Positions 40,401 through 52,400 of a stretch of DNA of 64,000 bases are shown here, piece after piece. The stretch lies in the NCBI GenBank assembly GCA_013239625.1, contig MU054400.1, positions 665,146 through 729,145 of the forward strand, given 5' to 3'. Both the position numbers and the translations under genes were made by a program. A model generated the notes under the pieces. That model made no database searches. It saw only the letters and a program-made list of their open reading frames with translations, and was not told the origin of the DNA. How positions within the stretch are numbered: position 1 is the stretch's first letter; every line of letters starts with the position of its first letter. This stretch comes from Lama guanicoe. Its lineage: Eukaryota.

Positions 40401-43400
40401 CACTCAAATGTTTGTTGAATGAATGTTCATACCCTTTGACCTTTTTTTCTTTTTAATTTGTTCATAGCAGATGCTACATTTATGTGTGACAAGCGGTGTA
40501 ACAAGAAACGGTTGTGTGGACGGCATAAATGTAATGAGATATGCTGTGTGGTAAGTGGACCTATCATTAGGCACAATCAGATTGTATTCATCCAGGGGTT
40601 AAGCTTCTGGAAACCTCAGCCATCTAGAATGCAGCCCAGATTTAGAAAATCACTGGGCGGAGCCCCTGAGCAGCAGTCATAGTGCTGCCCAAAGACTAGA
40701 GACTAGGCCTTTTTAGGCCTCAGCCAGGTCAAGAAGTCAGCCAATGGCAGCATGGAAGAAGGGAAAGAAGAAAGACAGAAGGCCTTAGGCCCTAGAACCC
40801 AAGACCACTGGGTGAACACGTAGTCATCAGCAAGAGATTATATGATGTCCCAACACACAGTCTGGCCTGGCCTGGCCTTAGCAACTGAGGCTTCAGTTTC
40901 ATATACTCCTTGGCTCAGGTCAGTAATTAAAGTGAGTGTGGCGTTTTGGGGGGAGCAAGTTTCAATTATCTGAAATATTCACTTCTATGGAACTAAATAA
41001 AGGAAGCACTACCTGGCAGTAGGTGCTGTTATTGTGTGTGTGTGTGTGTATGTGTGTGTCTAAACAAGATAACACAGTACCATAGTACCACAGCAAAGAA
41101 GTATAGAAATACACGTACATATATGTCTATGTGTATAATACACAATTGTTATTCTTAACATTTATATTGATAAGATAAAGAGTAATGAAATTGTTCTGTA
41201 TATTGACTTATTTATAAATGAGTGTTTGAAAGCTTAAAGATTTCCTCTTATTATTGAATATTTCAAATGTATATAAAAGCAGACTTGTATGAGTCCCATA
41301 TGCCCAACATCCAGCTTCAGTAGTGATCAGGAAGATCAGTAATCTTGGTTCATCCACATCCCCATCTACTCCCCCTCCCCTGATTATTTTGAAGCTAATC
41401 CCATATATCATGTGATCCATAATTGTGGAGAGCTTCTTCTTTATTAATCTCGTTTGTGGAAAATATAAAATACAGATAATTTCATAAACAAGTATAATTC
41501 TCTCTTCCTAGGATAAGGAGCACAAATGTCCTTTGATTTGTGGGAGGAAACTCCGCTGTGGCCTTCATAGATGTGAAGAACCTTGTCATCGTGGGAACTG
41601 CCAGACATGCTGGCAAGCTAGTGAGTGTCTTCCCTGTATGTTTTATTAGTAAGAGTTTTCTAGAAAGTCAAGTATAATATATTCTGAGCGACTTGACTTT
41701 CTTAGATTAGTATGGATTACTGAATTGATAAGCCTTAGTATTTCAGATATGTTGAGACTTTTTTAAAAAGTTATTCCTGGTGCTCTATATGTCCCTGAAT
41801 ATTTGAAACTTGGGATGTAAGCTGCAATCCTAAGGTCTGCTCATGTTATAATATTAAAAACTCACACTCATTAATGCTACCAATCACATCAGAAAAGTCA
41901 TGGGAAACATACTAGAAAGTTGTGAAGCTCATAGTGGTAAATACATATTTTTCCAAAATTCTATTTTCACTTGACAGCTTGAATTATATTATTGGCGACA
42001 AAGCCATTTTTCTTGAAGTGACAGGCTCACTGTTTTGTTTTTTTTTAATAATCACACAGTAAAATTTTAATACTGACCAACGAAAATAGCTGAAAAAAGT
42101 TTTCATAGTAAAACAAAATAAAAATACATGTTTTAATATAAAACTTGATTTTGCTGGCAATTTGAATAGGCTCACTGTTAATTTTTGATAAAATGCCCCC
42201 CAAAATACCCAAATCTGCATAATCATAGTTTGTCCGTCACTCTTTCAAGTAAAAAGGTGTTTTATGAAGAAAAGAAGTTAATCCAGCTTACAACTTAAAG
42301 AAGTGCAGTTCTTTAAAACAACGAGAGTACATACAGCTCTCCATATCCGTGGATTCCACATCCATGGACTCACAGGTCGAAAATGTTCAAGGAGTGGGAT
42401 GGGTTATAGCTCAGTGGTAGAGTGTATGTTTAGCATGCACAAGGTCCTGGGTTCAATCCCCAGTACTTCCATTAAAAAAAGAAAGAGAAATAAAGTGTTC
42501 AAGGGGAAATTTTCTATAAGGTTCCAAAAACAAAATTTGAATCTGTTTTGTGCTGGCAACTATTTACATAGCATTTACATTTTATTGGGTATTATAAGTA
42601 ATCTAGAGATGATTTAAGGTATATGGGAAGATGGGCATAGGCTATGTGCAAATACTACACCATATTATATAAGGGACTTGAGCATTCTTAGATTTTGGTG
42701 TCCATGAGGGTCCTGGAATCAGCTCCCCCTGGGAATACTGAGGGACAGCTGTTTTTTTGTGTGCAGCAAAAGTGATTCATGCAGATTTCCCATTTTGTTC
42801 CACAGAATGTTAAAAAGACATATATTTAAAGGTTAAAATTTTTTTCACTGCTTCATCAAGGGCTCTCTTAAGTGAAACTGTCATTATTTTTTATTTACCC
42901 TCAGTACTTGGCAGTGAAAAATACAGTGATTACAGTTTGGTTCTACTGCCTTGATTTGCACTAATGCCCTAGCAGTATTACCAACTATTGCTTTTGCACT
43001 ATCAATGCAAATATCAACATAGTGAAGAAAGCAAACACCTAATTATTATTATTATTATGAAAATATTTTGACCTTGTAGATTCCCTGAAAGGATCTCAGA
43101 GAGTCCTAGGGGGTCAACAAAGCACACTTTGAGAACTGCTACATTAAAAGATTAGGCTAAATCAGGGTTTCTCAAAATACCATCTCTAGAATACTAGGCC
43201 TACTGCATTTCAAAAATGAGTCAGTGCTTTGTTACAAATCACACACAAGGAGTTCCATAAAAACAATTTATGTAGCCCCTTACTCTTTGCCTAGCTATTT
43301 CACATGTATTAGCCCATCCCCACAATAACCTTGTTGAGTGGATAGGTCAAAGTTTGGAATACCTATTGGACCAAAAGAAAGAATCAGAGGGGTTAAATTA

Positions 43401-46400
43401 CCTGCCCACAGTCACTGAGCAAATAGGCCCAGGACTAGAAGCCTAAGTCTCCTGCTGTATTTGCAGGGCTCTTTCCACCACATTGTGAGGCCTCTGCTGG
43501 GTTTGCTGGAGAGGACTGACTGGAGAACAGTAGTGGGGGAGGAATCCTTAAGGGCCCTGGGCTTCCTGACTTTTGGTTCCTAGTTGAGAACTGTGGCCAA
43601 AGGCCTGGCCTTTACTAAGGACCAGAGTTAAAGAACTAGCTCCCCTTAGAGTCTGAGGGTCATGAGAGCTCTTGGCAAAGTAGGCTGCTTGTTGGAGGGC
43701 CCATATGAGTTCCCATTTTGACTGGGCTTATGAACTGTGCCTAATGAACTCAGATGTAGCTCTTGGCTTCATCTCAACTTCATATTTATAGCAAGATAGG
43801 TGTTGATTGTACCTATAAGAATTTTTTTTGAATAGCTTCAGTGGCTTTCTGAGGTTTATATTCAAAAGTATATTTTTGTGTGTTAACTACCTATGGCTTT
43901 CATAATCTCTATCCATTTTCCTAACCAAAAATTAAAAAAAAAAATAAAAGGATCTGTGTCTTTAGTAGAAGTCCCCTGTTCTATCAAAAGAGATGGTCTA
44001 TAGATCTTTTGTTTATAAAATACATGTAAAAATACCTTAGATTACTCATGGACTTAGAGTTTGTTGCAAGTAAAAATGGAACACTTTGTCAGCTCAACTT
44101 TAATAAAATAAAAACTTTTTTAAAAAGCAGCCTCAGGTGAAAAAAAAATAAATAAAAAAGCAGATTACCCCTAAAAATTCTCCTCTAAAAATACAAGCAA
44201 AAAAAAAGGTGAGTGTGTGTATGTATGTGTGTGCACATTTCGAACTCATGAGGGGTTGTTCTGTTTCACCTGCTGCAACACCAGGTTTTGATGAATTAAC
44301 CTGCCACTGTGGCGCATCAGTGATCTACCCTCCAATTCCCTGTGGTACCAGGCCCCCTGAGTGTACCCAGACCTGTGCCAGAGTCCATGAATGTGATCAT
44401 CCAGGTGGGTCCCATTTCCTTGCCTTCACACCTCACAGCCTGCTTACTGTATCATTTAGGATGTTGCATGCAGCTCTTTTCTGCTCTGAGGTCACACTGT
44501 GATGGTCACCCCTTGCTCCCTGTGCTTGGGGGCTGCTTCTGTGAAGGTGGGTGTGATCTTGGCTACAGCTGGGAATCATAGTGCCCTTCATCGCTTTCCT
44601 CTGTGGATGTCAAACACTCCCAAAAGGTCTAGGGGATCCCCAAGCAGGTCTTGTCTTTCAGGGACTTTTCTTCTTTGTGACCTTCACTTGTGCTGCCTAT
44701 TTCAGAGTTAATCATCTTTTTGCAAAGTTAAAAATAACTTCGGTTTGGTTGCTGTTGTTGTAGATGCAGTGTATGTTTATTATATAAAAAGTAAAAGAGA
44801 AAATAAAGTCAAAAGATTGAAATTAAGTCATCCATTATGTCACCTTTTAGGAATTACACCTTAGTGTATGTTTTTCAGGGCCTTTCTTCATGGCAAAAAT
44901 ATGTATGTACTTTTTTTCCCTAAAGTAAAAGTGAGATTCTACAGAATTTATTTTAACTAACTTTTTCCCCTCTTATTATTGTAATTTTAATCTATCTCCT
45001 TACCAGTGAACATTTTTTACACTGTAGGTTTTTAATGGTAGTGGAGTGTCACGGCCATCTGCGTAAGAACTAAGACATCAGGGAGTATGAACGAGCTCAG
45101 GCCAAGATGTGTTCAGCCAAGGAAGGCTTTGTTGCAGGAGATGAGTTTGAATGAACTGCCTCTTCTTGGCAGTAAGGAAATTGAAAGGAGTCAGAGGAAG
45201 CCTGTTAGATAGGATAAGTAGCAGAAATGTCTGAACAAGACAGCAGTTACTATGTAAGGTAGGACCAAAAGAACGACAGAGTAGTGTGGACCATCCATGT
45301 GGCTGTGCCTCCTTCTCTGCTTCTGTGTCTGTCCCCACCACACATCCCTCTCCCGCCTCAGTTGGGTTTCTTTTCCTCACTTATACCCACGTTAAGATAA
45401 AGCCAACAACTTTTTCTTTCCGATGACCTTTTAAAAAAGTGCTCCCACCTCCTAAATTTAAAAGTTCCATGTCGTACACCATTGTAATATAAATGATAGT
45501 CTGTGTGGCTTTATTTAAACATTAATCCTACTTTTAACTTTCTCTTTGTGCAGTATATCATTCTTGTCATAGTGAGGACAAGTGTCCCCCTTGCACTTTC
45601 CTAACTCAGAAGTGGTGCATGGGCAAACATGAGGTAAGTTTTCTCTCATGTGTGTTCATTGTTCCAACCAGAGATTTTTGATTGAATTTCTTTAAGAGTT
45701 GTTAGCCTCCAGATACACACTACTATATATAAAATAGATAAACAATGAGGACCCACTATAAAGCACAGGGAACTAAATTCAATATCTTGTAATAACCTAT
45801 AATGGAAAAGTATCTGAAAAAGAATATGTATATATAAAACTGAATCACTGCTGTACACCTGAAACATAAATCAACTATACTTCAATACAAATTTTTTTGA
45901 TAACAAAAACAGAAAAGAATCGTTAGCCTCACTGTTTCTCAAAGTAGATAATACTCCAAGAAGCAGAGGTTTGCTATTGCCACATTTTTTGCATAAAATA
46001 AAATTTACCCTTTTTAGTGTGCAAGTCTACAGAGTTTGACAAAAGCATTCATGTTGGGCCCACTGACATCCTTCAAAGTCCAACGACCCCCATTTCTGGG
46101 CTCTCGGATGTCTGCCTGTGATCCCTCAACAGATAAAGTACATTCTTTACTGGGCGTATTTCCCCTAACAAACTAACAGCCCTAGGTAATGCCTAATCTT
46201 ATAATAGCCCACTTTATCAGAGTCATAAACCCCACCTCCCTTCACAGACTCTAAACCTCTTAGTTCACCTACAACCAATCAGAGACTTGCACACAAGCCC
46301 ATCAGGCGCCTTGTGATCCTACCTTAATAAAGACCCCAATAACTGGCTCTCTGTGCTCACACAGGCACCTGTGTGGCCTGCTGTTGTCTATGACAGCATA

Positions 46401-49400
46401 CCCCTAATATACTTCTTTCTATTCCCATACTTTATCTCTGGTAAATTCTTTTACCAACCCACATGTCACTGGCTTACCAACTGGCTGCCACATTGTGTCC
46501 CACAACAATTCATATGGTCGTGTAACCACCACCACGTCAAGATGTGGAACAGTTCATTCACCCCAAACTTTGCTTTATGCCCCTTCATAGTCACTCTCCC
46601 CTTACCTCCAGGCCCTGGCAACCAGTGGTCTGTTGTCTGTCCCAGTAGTTTTGTCTTTTCCAGAATGGCACATAAATGGAATCGTACCATAGGTAGCATT
46701 TTGAGTCTGTTCTGCTCTCATTTTTAATCTGGTTACAATCAAATTAAACTCAGCCAGTTGGCCATGAGAACAAGGGCCGTCTGATCAGGAACAACTTCTA
46801 CGTTAACCAGCACGGCTAGAGGTTGCTAATCTGGGGACAGGTGTTACAGTGAGAGCATCCCAGGAGTGAAGGTGAGCTCTCAACCGGTTGCGACTGTTCC
46901 TTCTCTTTACTTCCTACACAACTTTCCATCCTGACTGATGGGCCAGAACGCCTTCCTTCAGACTAACCTACCTGTCCTCGTTGCCACTACCCTGAAGAAC
47001 TTTTATCCTTATTCGTAGCATCTAAGCTATATTTGACACTGCTGGCCCTTTGAAACACTTAAAACATTTTTTTACTTTAAAAAATGCATATTCATTGTAG
47101 ACAATTAAGATAATATAGTTTTGCTACCCAGAATGAAATACTCTAACATTCTGGTGTGTAGAATTCCAGGCATGTATGATATACAGTCTCCCCTACTCTA
47201 TTAGGATTATACTGTTTTGTAACTTGCTTTTTTTTACTTCATAACATGTTGGCCAACATTTCTTGAAACTCTTGACAACTGTGACAACATGCTTTCAGTA
47301 TTCTTATCTTGATGGACATATTTTGCTCCACTTATTTCCTGTCAGTGGTTCTCAAGTCATAATCCTTAGTATTTATTCTTCTTCTGAAATCTTACTTCCT
47401 CTGAAAGTAACCATTCTAAGACATCCGTGTATCTTCATGTTGTTGGCTGATTTGGACTTCACTCAACAAATACTTATATGAATACTTATACACATAAATG
47501 TCTGTTGTATGCTGGGTAACAGGCTAGGTTTGGGTGATTCAGAAATGAACAAGACAGGCGTGGCCCTTGCCCATGTGGAGCCTTCACTCTAGAGCAGGAA
47601 GCAGACGTTTAAACAGTTGATTATGAATACAGTAATGTGGGAAGTACAGAGTACTGAAGGGGATAGAAGAGGCCCCTAACCAGGGAAGGCATTTCTAGAG
47701 GAAGGAACATCCTAAAGGATATTGAGAAGATAGGCAGGTAACGTGGGGACAGGACAACAGAGGACAGACATAGCATGTGCACAAATTACCACCAGCGCCC
47801 TGGTAGTAAAGTGTTTAATGAAATTCAAAGTGTATTCCTCATTTTGAGGGTCCTTAAAAAAGAATTTGAGTAAATATAAAAGAACAAACCTTTAGTTCCA
47901 CAGGAATAAAATTCCAGCATCTTTTTCCTGGAGTGAAGAATCCTAGAAGGAGTCACTTTCTCAAGGAAAAATGATTTGGGGGTTCCATGGCCTGTTGCTT
48001 CTTTTTTTTTTTTTTTATGACAGAGCTGTCTGAAACTATAGAGACCATGAGTTGGGAGATGTGAGGAGAGTTGAGTATTGCTTAAAACAGCCCTGCCAGC
48101 AGTCTTAAAACCATAAGCCAAGGGTGCCTCCACCCCCAGGGTTTTTCTGTCAACTTAATGCCCTAGCTGTTTGCAGAGGAGGGTAAAGATCACCTGATCC
48201 TCCCTCTTAGTCATAGCATTTTCAGATACTTCCTAGTTATCTGATTTCATGTGTTTGTTACCCACCTTGGGAAGTTTATGTTGCAAGTCACACTTGGCTG
48301 CTATAACAAATCCTTTTAGAGCATAACAAGCATTATTAAATAAGGTTCAGGTTTGTTATCTTTTCAAACTGACCTTTCAGACTTTGAAAATCAGCTTAAT
48401 GTTTTTCAGATAAAAAGAACTTTTTTAAAAAATGCTCTTTTTGAAAGTTCAGAAATGTTTAAATAGGAAATTAAAACCCACTCCAAATCCTATGTGGAGA
48501 TGAGAATCTGGCTACTTCTGTCTCTCCTAGTTACGAAGCAACATCCCCTGTCACCTGGTTGATATCTCTTGCGGATTACCCTGCAGTGCCACGCTACCGT
48601 GTGGGATGCACAAGTGTCAGAGACTCTGTCACAAAGGAGAGTGTCTTGTGGATGAGGTTTGCAAACAGCCCTGTACCACCTCCAGAGCTGACTGTGGCCA
48701 CCCATGTATGGCACCCTGCCACCCCAGCTCACCCTGCCCCGTGACTGCTTGTAAAGCCAAGGTGCGTAATTGTGGCTCCAGGTAGGGCCTTGACTGTGGT
48801 TCTGGGGCTGCTGCTGAGTCCAGAACTGCCTGCAGTGGCACCTGGGCACACGTCCTAATCAGGGTCATTGGTTGCAAGGTTACAAGTTAACAAGAGAAAG
48901 GTGGAGTAAATTGTACTGATTTCTGTCTGACCAGCTTGAGATGGCCTTTTACTTGAGAAAGTACCCACTGCCACCTGACCAGTCTCTGTGTCTCTTAGAT
49001 CAAACTCTTAAGAGAGATTCTGATTGCCCACTCCATTTATTCAACAAATACATGTGTCTGTTTTGTGTAAGATGTTATGCTGTGCTAGGTTCTGGGTCTC
49101 TACCAGTGAACAGGAGACACATGGTCCCTTCAGTTAGATGGACAGATACTAATTATACCCAGATAATTGACTTTGACTGTGGTATGTGTCATGAACGAGC
49201 AGTTACACCCTTGTAGAGGTTGCCACAAGGACATGTCAGTGGAGGATTTACCTGGTCTGAGGGATTAAGCAAGCCCCCCCCCACTGCCCCCAACCCCAGG
49301 AGGTGAAAATAGAGGGATGAAATAGAGTTGATTAGGCCCTGGCTGGTCAAGTGGCAAGTGTCCACCTCTAGGTTAGTGATAAAAACTTCATTCTAGGCCT

Positions 49401-52400
49401 GCCCCTTCATGCAGAATTAAAGACAGAAGTAATTCCCAGTAAGGGCTGCTATAGACTGGACACTTCTCTCCTAGCATGTCAGTTACTACGTTGTCCGTTT
49501 GCACGTGTGGTTAGCTTCCTCCATCCTGGAGGGTAGCCACTCACTGTCTCTCCATCTCTGCCACGGTTTGATTTGAGAGAGGCTTTAAAAATGAAACCTG
49601 CCTATTCAAGTGGTTTCCATGTGCTTAAAGTCACTCCACGTTAATCTTATTTCAGATAGAGCTGCAGTGTGAATGTGGACGAAGGAAAGAGATGATGATT
49701 TGCTCTGAAGCATCTAGTACTTATCAAAGGTTAGTGCTACTTAAATGTTAACTATTGGTGGGTCTAGGTAAAGGGTATACATGAGTTTGTTATAGGATCT
49801 TTGCAACTGTTGTTAAGGTTGGAAGATTTTTAAAACAAAGTGTCCTGAGTCTAGTTTTTCTGGTTTGAAGAAAAAGTACTGCTTTATGTAGCTTTCCCTC
49901 CCTAACTTTAATTTGTAAAATAACCTTTTAATTTCTCCTCCTCCTCCTTTCTCTCGCCTTCCTTTTTTGGTCTTATTACACCATGAGATCAGAAGGGAAG
50001 ATGTCCTGAAGTTGCATGGATTGCTTTGATGTCCCACCACTTGTGGTGACACAGCCAGGACCAGGTCCTGTGCTTCCTGCCCTGGGGTAGGGGTTTCTGA
50101 CTGTTCTGTGAGATGTCTTTATAGCCTCCTGAAATCTTGGGACCTGTGTAGGGGCATTAGGTATGGATGGTTTTGTGTATCTCTGAATAGATGAAGAGAT
50201 GCACCATGGAAATGGGACTTTAGGAGTATGCAGACATCAGATTGGCTGTGTTTGAATACCCACTGAGTGCCTGGCTTTGGCCTGAATGCTCAGGAGGGTA
50301 CTGAGGAGTGGACGGACTCATCATTTCCTGTGGAGCTGCTTAAACTGCTTGAAGAGATAACACATAAATATGTGGGTGGTTCATAATAGATGGGCTTCCA
50401 AGGCCACACAGATTGTCATGTGTTAGATTTGCCTTGAAAGAAGTGTTCTGTGTGCCTGGTATGAAGAGGTTCTTGTGAAAGTGCAATCCCTTCCTTCCCT
50501 TTGTGTTTTATACTGCAGAATAGCTGCTATTTCCATGGCCTCTAAAATAACAGACATGCAGCTTGGAGATTCAGTGGAGATCAGCAGATTAATTACTAAG
50601 AAGGAAATTCACCAAGCCAGGTAATTTTAAAAATGTGTAACCATACCTTCTTTCTCCTATTAGACTTAATTTCCAGAGGGCAGGAATAATTCGTGTCAGT
50701 CCCCCACAGTAAAGCCTTGCACACACAGTAGGTATTCAACAGACATCTGATGTTAAAAGACCACACCCTCTCCAACTAAAGAAATCCTACTAAGGATACG
50801 GCTAAGACCAGAGACTTTTCCAAGCCTCACTGCAGACAGTAGCTGGAGGAAGCAGAGACCTCGATATGTCCAGCCCCGCCCACTGAAAAACAGAACCAGA
50901 GTGGTGGCTGTGTTGAGAGAAGGAGATGGGGCTGTCAGGGGGACACTGGGAGCATTTTGGGTGCTGAGCAGCCAGGGGATACTCTGAAGCCCTCTGAGGA
51001 CTCCTCGACTCCCATAACCCAGAGGCCTGCCCACCTGTCCTCGAGAGGGACCTTATCCAGCCATTTTTTGGCCAGAGTCTACTGTTTCCAGGTTGACCAT
51101 GTAAGAACTTATTGCTGTATAGGAGCTGTGAAACCTGTACTCTGACTTAATTTCTTTTCATTTGTTTCTCAAGGCTGGAGTGTGATGAGGAGTGTTCAGC
51201 CTTAGAAAGGAAAAAGTAAGTAGCTTCAACTGCTGTTTTTCTAATTGTCCTTGAGCTCTGTGAATTTGGTGAGAGGGAGCAACCCTTCAAGCATTCACCC
51301 AGAACCCACTCTGAGCCTTTTGTTGCTATTGGAGAGCAGGAGAAATTCAGTCATCAAGAACTGAAGTATCTAAGGATAAACCAGTTAGGTGATTTCAGCA
51401 AATTTCTGAAACATGAGCTTGTGTAGTTTCAGGCAGGTATAAACATTGCATGCCCCACAGCATACTTATTCAGGGACTGGCTGACTTCCTGATTACAATG
51501 AAGATAAGAGGCTTAAAATTCTTCTAATGAACTTTTATGTTGAAGTATAACATACCTATAGAAGATCAGAGCTGTACAGATCAGTGAGTCATCACAAAGT
51601 GGATACAGTGGTGTAATCAGCACCCATGTCAAGAGATAGCAAATTACCAGAACCTCTCACACTACACCAAGATAAAACTCTATCTTTGCTTCTAACATTT
51701 AGATTATTTTTGTCTGTTTTTGGACTTTATGTAAATGATGAAGTCATACCGTTTGTGTTACTTTTGCCTGGTTTCTTTCATTACACTAGTGATATTCATT
51801 CCTGTTGTTGCATGTAGCAGTACTTGGTTCATTTTCATTTCTACATGGTATTTTATTGTATTAAATATCGTCGTTTATCTGTTCTGTAGTTACTAGATAC
51901 ATGTGTTGTTATCAGTGTTGGGCTCTTACAAATAATGCTCTGTTAAGAACATCCTTATACTTGCTTTGCTGTGTATATGTGCTCATCTGTGTTGGATATA
52001 AACTAAGGAATAGAGTTGCTAATGAATAGGGTATGCATATTTTCAGCTTTAGTTGATTCTGCCAAACATTGTCCAAAATGGTCGTACCAGGTTACACTCT
52101 CACCGGCAGGGTCATGATTCCCATCGCTCTACATTTGTATCAGCCCTTGGAATTGTCAGTCTTTTTAATTTTAATCCATTTTTGTGGATGTATAGCTGGA
52201 TGTCATTGAGCTTTTAATTTATAGTTCCCTAATGACTAGTGATGTTAAGCACTTTCCTTTCTTGTGAAGTACCTATTCAAGTTCACTTATTGTTTATTTA
52301 TGTTACCTGTCTTTTTTCATATTGATTACTAGGATTTCATTATATATTTTGGAAATGAGTCCTTTGTTTTATGTATTGTTTTTTTCTCCTGTTTTGTGTC

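Larger units (their letters stand above)
41870..43140. mobile_element. Charlie1-like hAT DNA transposon remnant (interrupted)
   Basis: Terminus ...ccctgaaaggatctcag...cacactttgagaactgct resembles Charlie1; left boundary approximate. Confidence 0.6.

Noticed and set aside
42393..42470. tRNA gene
   Set aside because: A and B boxes are present, but the poly(A) tail, TSD and sibling copies show it is a SINE.
5303..42495. Opposite-orientation SINE pairs as drivers of circular RNA
   Set aside because: Copies are short, diverged and more than 25 kb apart, with no sequence-level support.
43920..44210. A-rich runs with several AATAAA in intron 13, as a retrocopy tail or poly(A) site
   Set aside because: No TSD or parent sequence recognised; the hexamers are expected in A-rich decay.
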